Positions 51,533 to 54,735 of a stretch of 54,735 nt of DNA are shown piece after piece (the stretch's first letter is position 1; each line of letters starts with the position of its first letter). The stretch spans positions 1 to 54,735 of the forward strand of contig JAPEUG010000076.1 of assembly GCA_026025795.1 (NCBI GenBank). The letters run 5' to 3'. The position numbers and the translations under genes were made by a program. The stretch is from Thelocarpon superellum (taxonomy: Eukaryota). A model generated the notes under the pieces. That model worked only from the letters and a program-made list of their open reading frames with translations, did no database searches and was not told the origin of the DNA.

Positions 51533-53083
51533 ATGGGCGATGAGGCTCTTCATGAGCAAATTTCGCGCCTCGAGACGGAGTTAGCACGCCTAAAGTCCCA
51601 ACTGCTCAAGGCCGGGAATGGCAAGGACAGCCAAGATGCTGCAGGCAAAGACGAGAGGCCACGCAAGAGGCACAAGCCGGGGCCGTCTGGTAAGGCCGAC
51701 ATGGACGAGGCGCCGACGCTGTCCCCTCAAGAAATCCAGCGCTACGGACGCCAGATGATTGTTCCTGTGATCGGTCGACCAGGTATATCAAAAAATCTAG
51801 ATCTCGACCCCTGGCTGACGACCAGCGTACTAGGGCAACTTCGGCTCAAGAAGGCCTCTGTCGTGGTCATCGGTGTCGGTGGGCTTGGCTGCCCAGCTGC
51901 CGCGTATCTTACAGGTGCTGGGATTGGACGTCTTGGGCTTGTCGATGGCGACCAAGTCGAGGTGTCCAACCTGCACCGCCAGACCCTGCACGCCACCCCA
52001 CGTGTAGGCCAATTCAAAGTCGATAGCGCCGTTCAGTCTCTGTCTGCGTATGGCTCCATGTTGCTGTGTTCCTGATGTGCCAATCCTGATGGTGTCCGCC
52101 GATCCAGGCTCAATCCAACGGTGACACTGATCGCCCATCGCGAGCATCTGACTCCCTACAACGCGGCCACTATCCTGGCTGCGTATGACATTGTGCTCGA
52201 CTGCACCGACCACCCTACCTCACGATATCTCGTCTCCGATGTGGCTGTTCTCCTTGGAAAGTCATTCGTGTCCGCCGCCGCTCTCGGGACCGAAGGGCAA
52301 CTCATGGTGCTGAATCACCCTCCCCGATCCTTTGGTGATCCCGCTGGCGGGCCTTGTTACCGATGTGTCTTTCCGAAACCGCCTCCGCCGGCGACGGTTA
52401 TCGGCTGTGGCGAGGGCGGTATACTCGGGCCCGTGGTTGGGACCCTCGGTGTGCTGCAAGCACTTGAAGCGATCAAGTTGATCGCAGCTGGGTCAGTCGA
52501 GGAGGCTCCGCCTCCGACTCTCCTGCTCTTCTCGGCCTATTCTACGCCTTTATTTCGGAGTGTCCGTCTTCGAACACGGCGCTTGAGCTGCGCCGCCTGC
52601 TCTGAAGACGCGACCATCACTCTGGATTCACTAACGTCAGGGTTGCTTGACTATGTGCAATTCTGCGGCCTCGCCGACCCGGTCAAGGTGCTAGGTGACG
52701 ACGAGCGCATCTCCGCGAGAGAGTACGATCACTTGAGACACCGTCAGGGCCATCTCCTAGTGGATGTGCGTGACAGAGTGCAGTTTGATCTCTGCAATCT
52801 ACCGGGAAGTATCAACATACCCTGGTCGGATTTCCGTTCCAGCAAGCGGCAAGACTCGGCGCCTGAGTCATCTCGTTTCATCCTGTCCGGTCTTTTACCC
52901 TCCGACACATCCTCTGATACCGCCATCTACGTCGTTTGCCGGTATGGAAATGACTCGCAGCTTGCCGTTCGCAAATTGAAGGAGTTGGGGATCGATGCAA
53001 ACGGGTCAAGATACATTGGGGACATCCGAGGAGGGCTCAAGGCATGGAAAGCAGAGATAGATCAGGAGTGGCCAGAGTATTGA
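51533..53083 (+). CDS. UBA4: Adenylyltransferase/sulfurtransferase Uba4/MOCS3 (CnxF)
   Basis: [39 protein letters not shown] and a C-terminal rhodanese domain VCRYGNDSQ...WPEY. Confidence 0.95.
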
Positions 53084-53435
53084 TGAGGGGTGCAGAAGTC
53101 GAGATGATGGAAACGCACCGACGTACCTTGAGATGAGCGTCGAGAACGATCTAGAATTTTCAAATTGCGCTACAGGTGCCGGCCTGATCTAGGAGCACTC
53201 CTGACCTTGACATACTCGTACCTTCACGCTTATGGACCGAGGCCCCTCGTATCGTCGTCGTGATACCTTGTACTCTGCCCAACCGCCAAGCGAGAAAAGT
53301 GACGCGACCTCGCAGAACCGGCGTGAAGTCAGGCCCGAGACATCACACCTCCATCTCCAAGTTAGGGACGGCGATCAATCAAACTTATCTCCTACCAGCA
53401 CGCCAGCGAGGACGTTCCCCGCCGGATTCTCCACC

Positions 53436-54300
53436 ATGCTGGCCTCAAGGTACGTTCGCATGCCGTGCACGGCGTCGAAGCGACCCACACCAACGCTCCA
53501 GCTGAGCTCGTCGTGCCGCTGCGCCCAACAACTCTCCTCTGGTTCCGGTGCCCCGACCCCTCGCAAGGCCCGTTCGTCGTCGACCTATCGTCCACTATCG
53601 ACCTCGCATGGAAGTGCATTCACCGCAGCTTCCCCGCTCCCTCCGCGCTGTCTCTCCCCCACATCCACCGCTCTGGTCCAGGCGCGGCCGGCCTCCTCGA
53701 TGAGCACGTCCTCGCCGGACCCGCCTACGACGACCGACGGCCTCGTCGACAACAGCGCAGACCTACTGGACTGGAACCGCTTCTTCAAGCTGCGCAAGGT
53801 GCGCCGGCGCTATAACCTGGTAGCGTCGCTGGGCACGTCGGTGGGCACCACGGCGCTGGGCATCTCCATCTTGTCGCAGCAAGATCTGGATGCCATGGGC
53901 GGGCAGATCTTTGGGCTCGAGCCGGTCGTCGTGCTGGGGCTCGTCACGGCGGGCTTTGGTGCCTTGGGATGGCTGGCGGGTCCTTTCTTGGGCAACGCTG
54001 CCTTTAATGTGGTGAATTCCAAGTTCCGTGACCAGATTGTCATGGTAAGCTGGCCTCTCGCAACTTCTCCCGTGCTTCTACCCGTCTCTCGGCATATCGA
54101 AACTGACCCACCACGCAACGAGATAGAAAGAGCGCGAGTTCTTCAGCCGGATAAAGCGGTTTCGGGTTGATCCATCCTCTCAGTCCTTTTCGAACCCAGT
54201 ACCGGATTACTACGGCGAGAAAATCGGTAGCGTCGCCGACTATCGACAGTGGTTAAAGGATCAAAGGGCGTATAATAAGAAAAGGCAGAGTTTTGTGTGA
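53436..54300 (+). CDS. PAM17: Mitochondrial presequence translocase-associated motor subunit Pam17
   Basis: Presequence [25 protein letters not shown], and a spliced exon [37 protein letters not shown]. Confidence 0.93.
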
Positions 54301-54717
54301 TTTCATGCTCTTCATCTCTGCGGGGAGACGGGAAGAGTGGGAAGAACAAGGGATTGTAGGACTCAGATGGAAGAGTGGAAGAAACGAGGACGTACACATC
54401 AAACAGACATGACATCGGCCTTGACCTTTGACCAAAAAAGGCGGCGTAGTTGATTGTAAGTGGGAGGAAGGGAAAGGCGTCAGAAGGAACTCCTTTTTTT
54501 CTTTTTTTCTCTTACATCTCGCATAGGCTACGGATGCGCAGGTGGGATGGCATCAGGGATCAAAGTCTGAAAGTCTCAATTCTCGGAAACACAGCTACAG
54601 TTATGTTGGTACGGCTCGTGGAGTCTTCTACTAGAGGGAGAGTCTCATGACTGAACTGAATGCCGTCACGAATATGGAAGCGGGTCCCTATTTGTACGTT
54701 TGTTTGATTTAATAAGG

Positions 54718-54735
54718 ATGATGATGATGATGATG
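54718..54735. repeat. (ATG)n microsatellite running off the window end
   Basis: Read directly from the sequence. Confidence 0.9.

Overview
Eukaryotic, intron-rich genomic DNA from a filamentous ascomycete (Pezizomycotina; inferred from GT-AG introns with CTRAC branch points and the gene families). About 20 protein-coding genes can be reconstructed by manual splicing. In order: GPI-anchored Ser/Thr-rich protein, STL1-like sugar/polyol transporter, NAD-dependent glycerol-3-phosphate dehydrogenase, GliK-like gamma-glutamylcyclotransferase, DUF924 protein, GNAT acetyltransferase, SLX9, cytochrome c1, Phe-type DAHP synthase, GH16 Crh transglycosylase, glycogen debranching enzyme, RPS28 (absent from the ORF track), HIS1, a secreted HNH-like orphan, DEN1/DenA deneddylase, methylmalonate-semialdehyde dehydrogenase, a secreted crystallin-like orphan, a PTH11-like receptor, UBA4 and PAM17. 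Housekeeping blocks alternate with gene-poor islands that carry decaying genes (an EST1/SMG6-like relic and a ferroportin-like relic). The most unusual stretch is the SLX9-CYT1 interval (13.7-19.4 kb). It holds a decayed EST1-like gene, a perfect head-to-head TTAGGG/CCCTAA palindrome, and an apparent minus-strand promoter (four phased TCAYGTG boxes plus TATA) followed by hairpins but no ORF. Family assignments come from motif recognition, not database searches.
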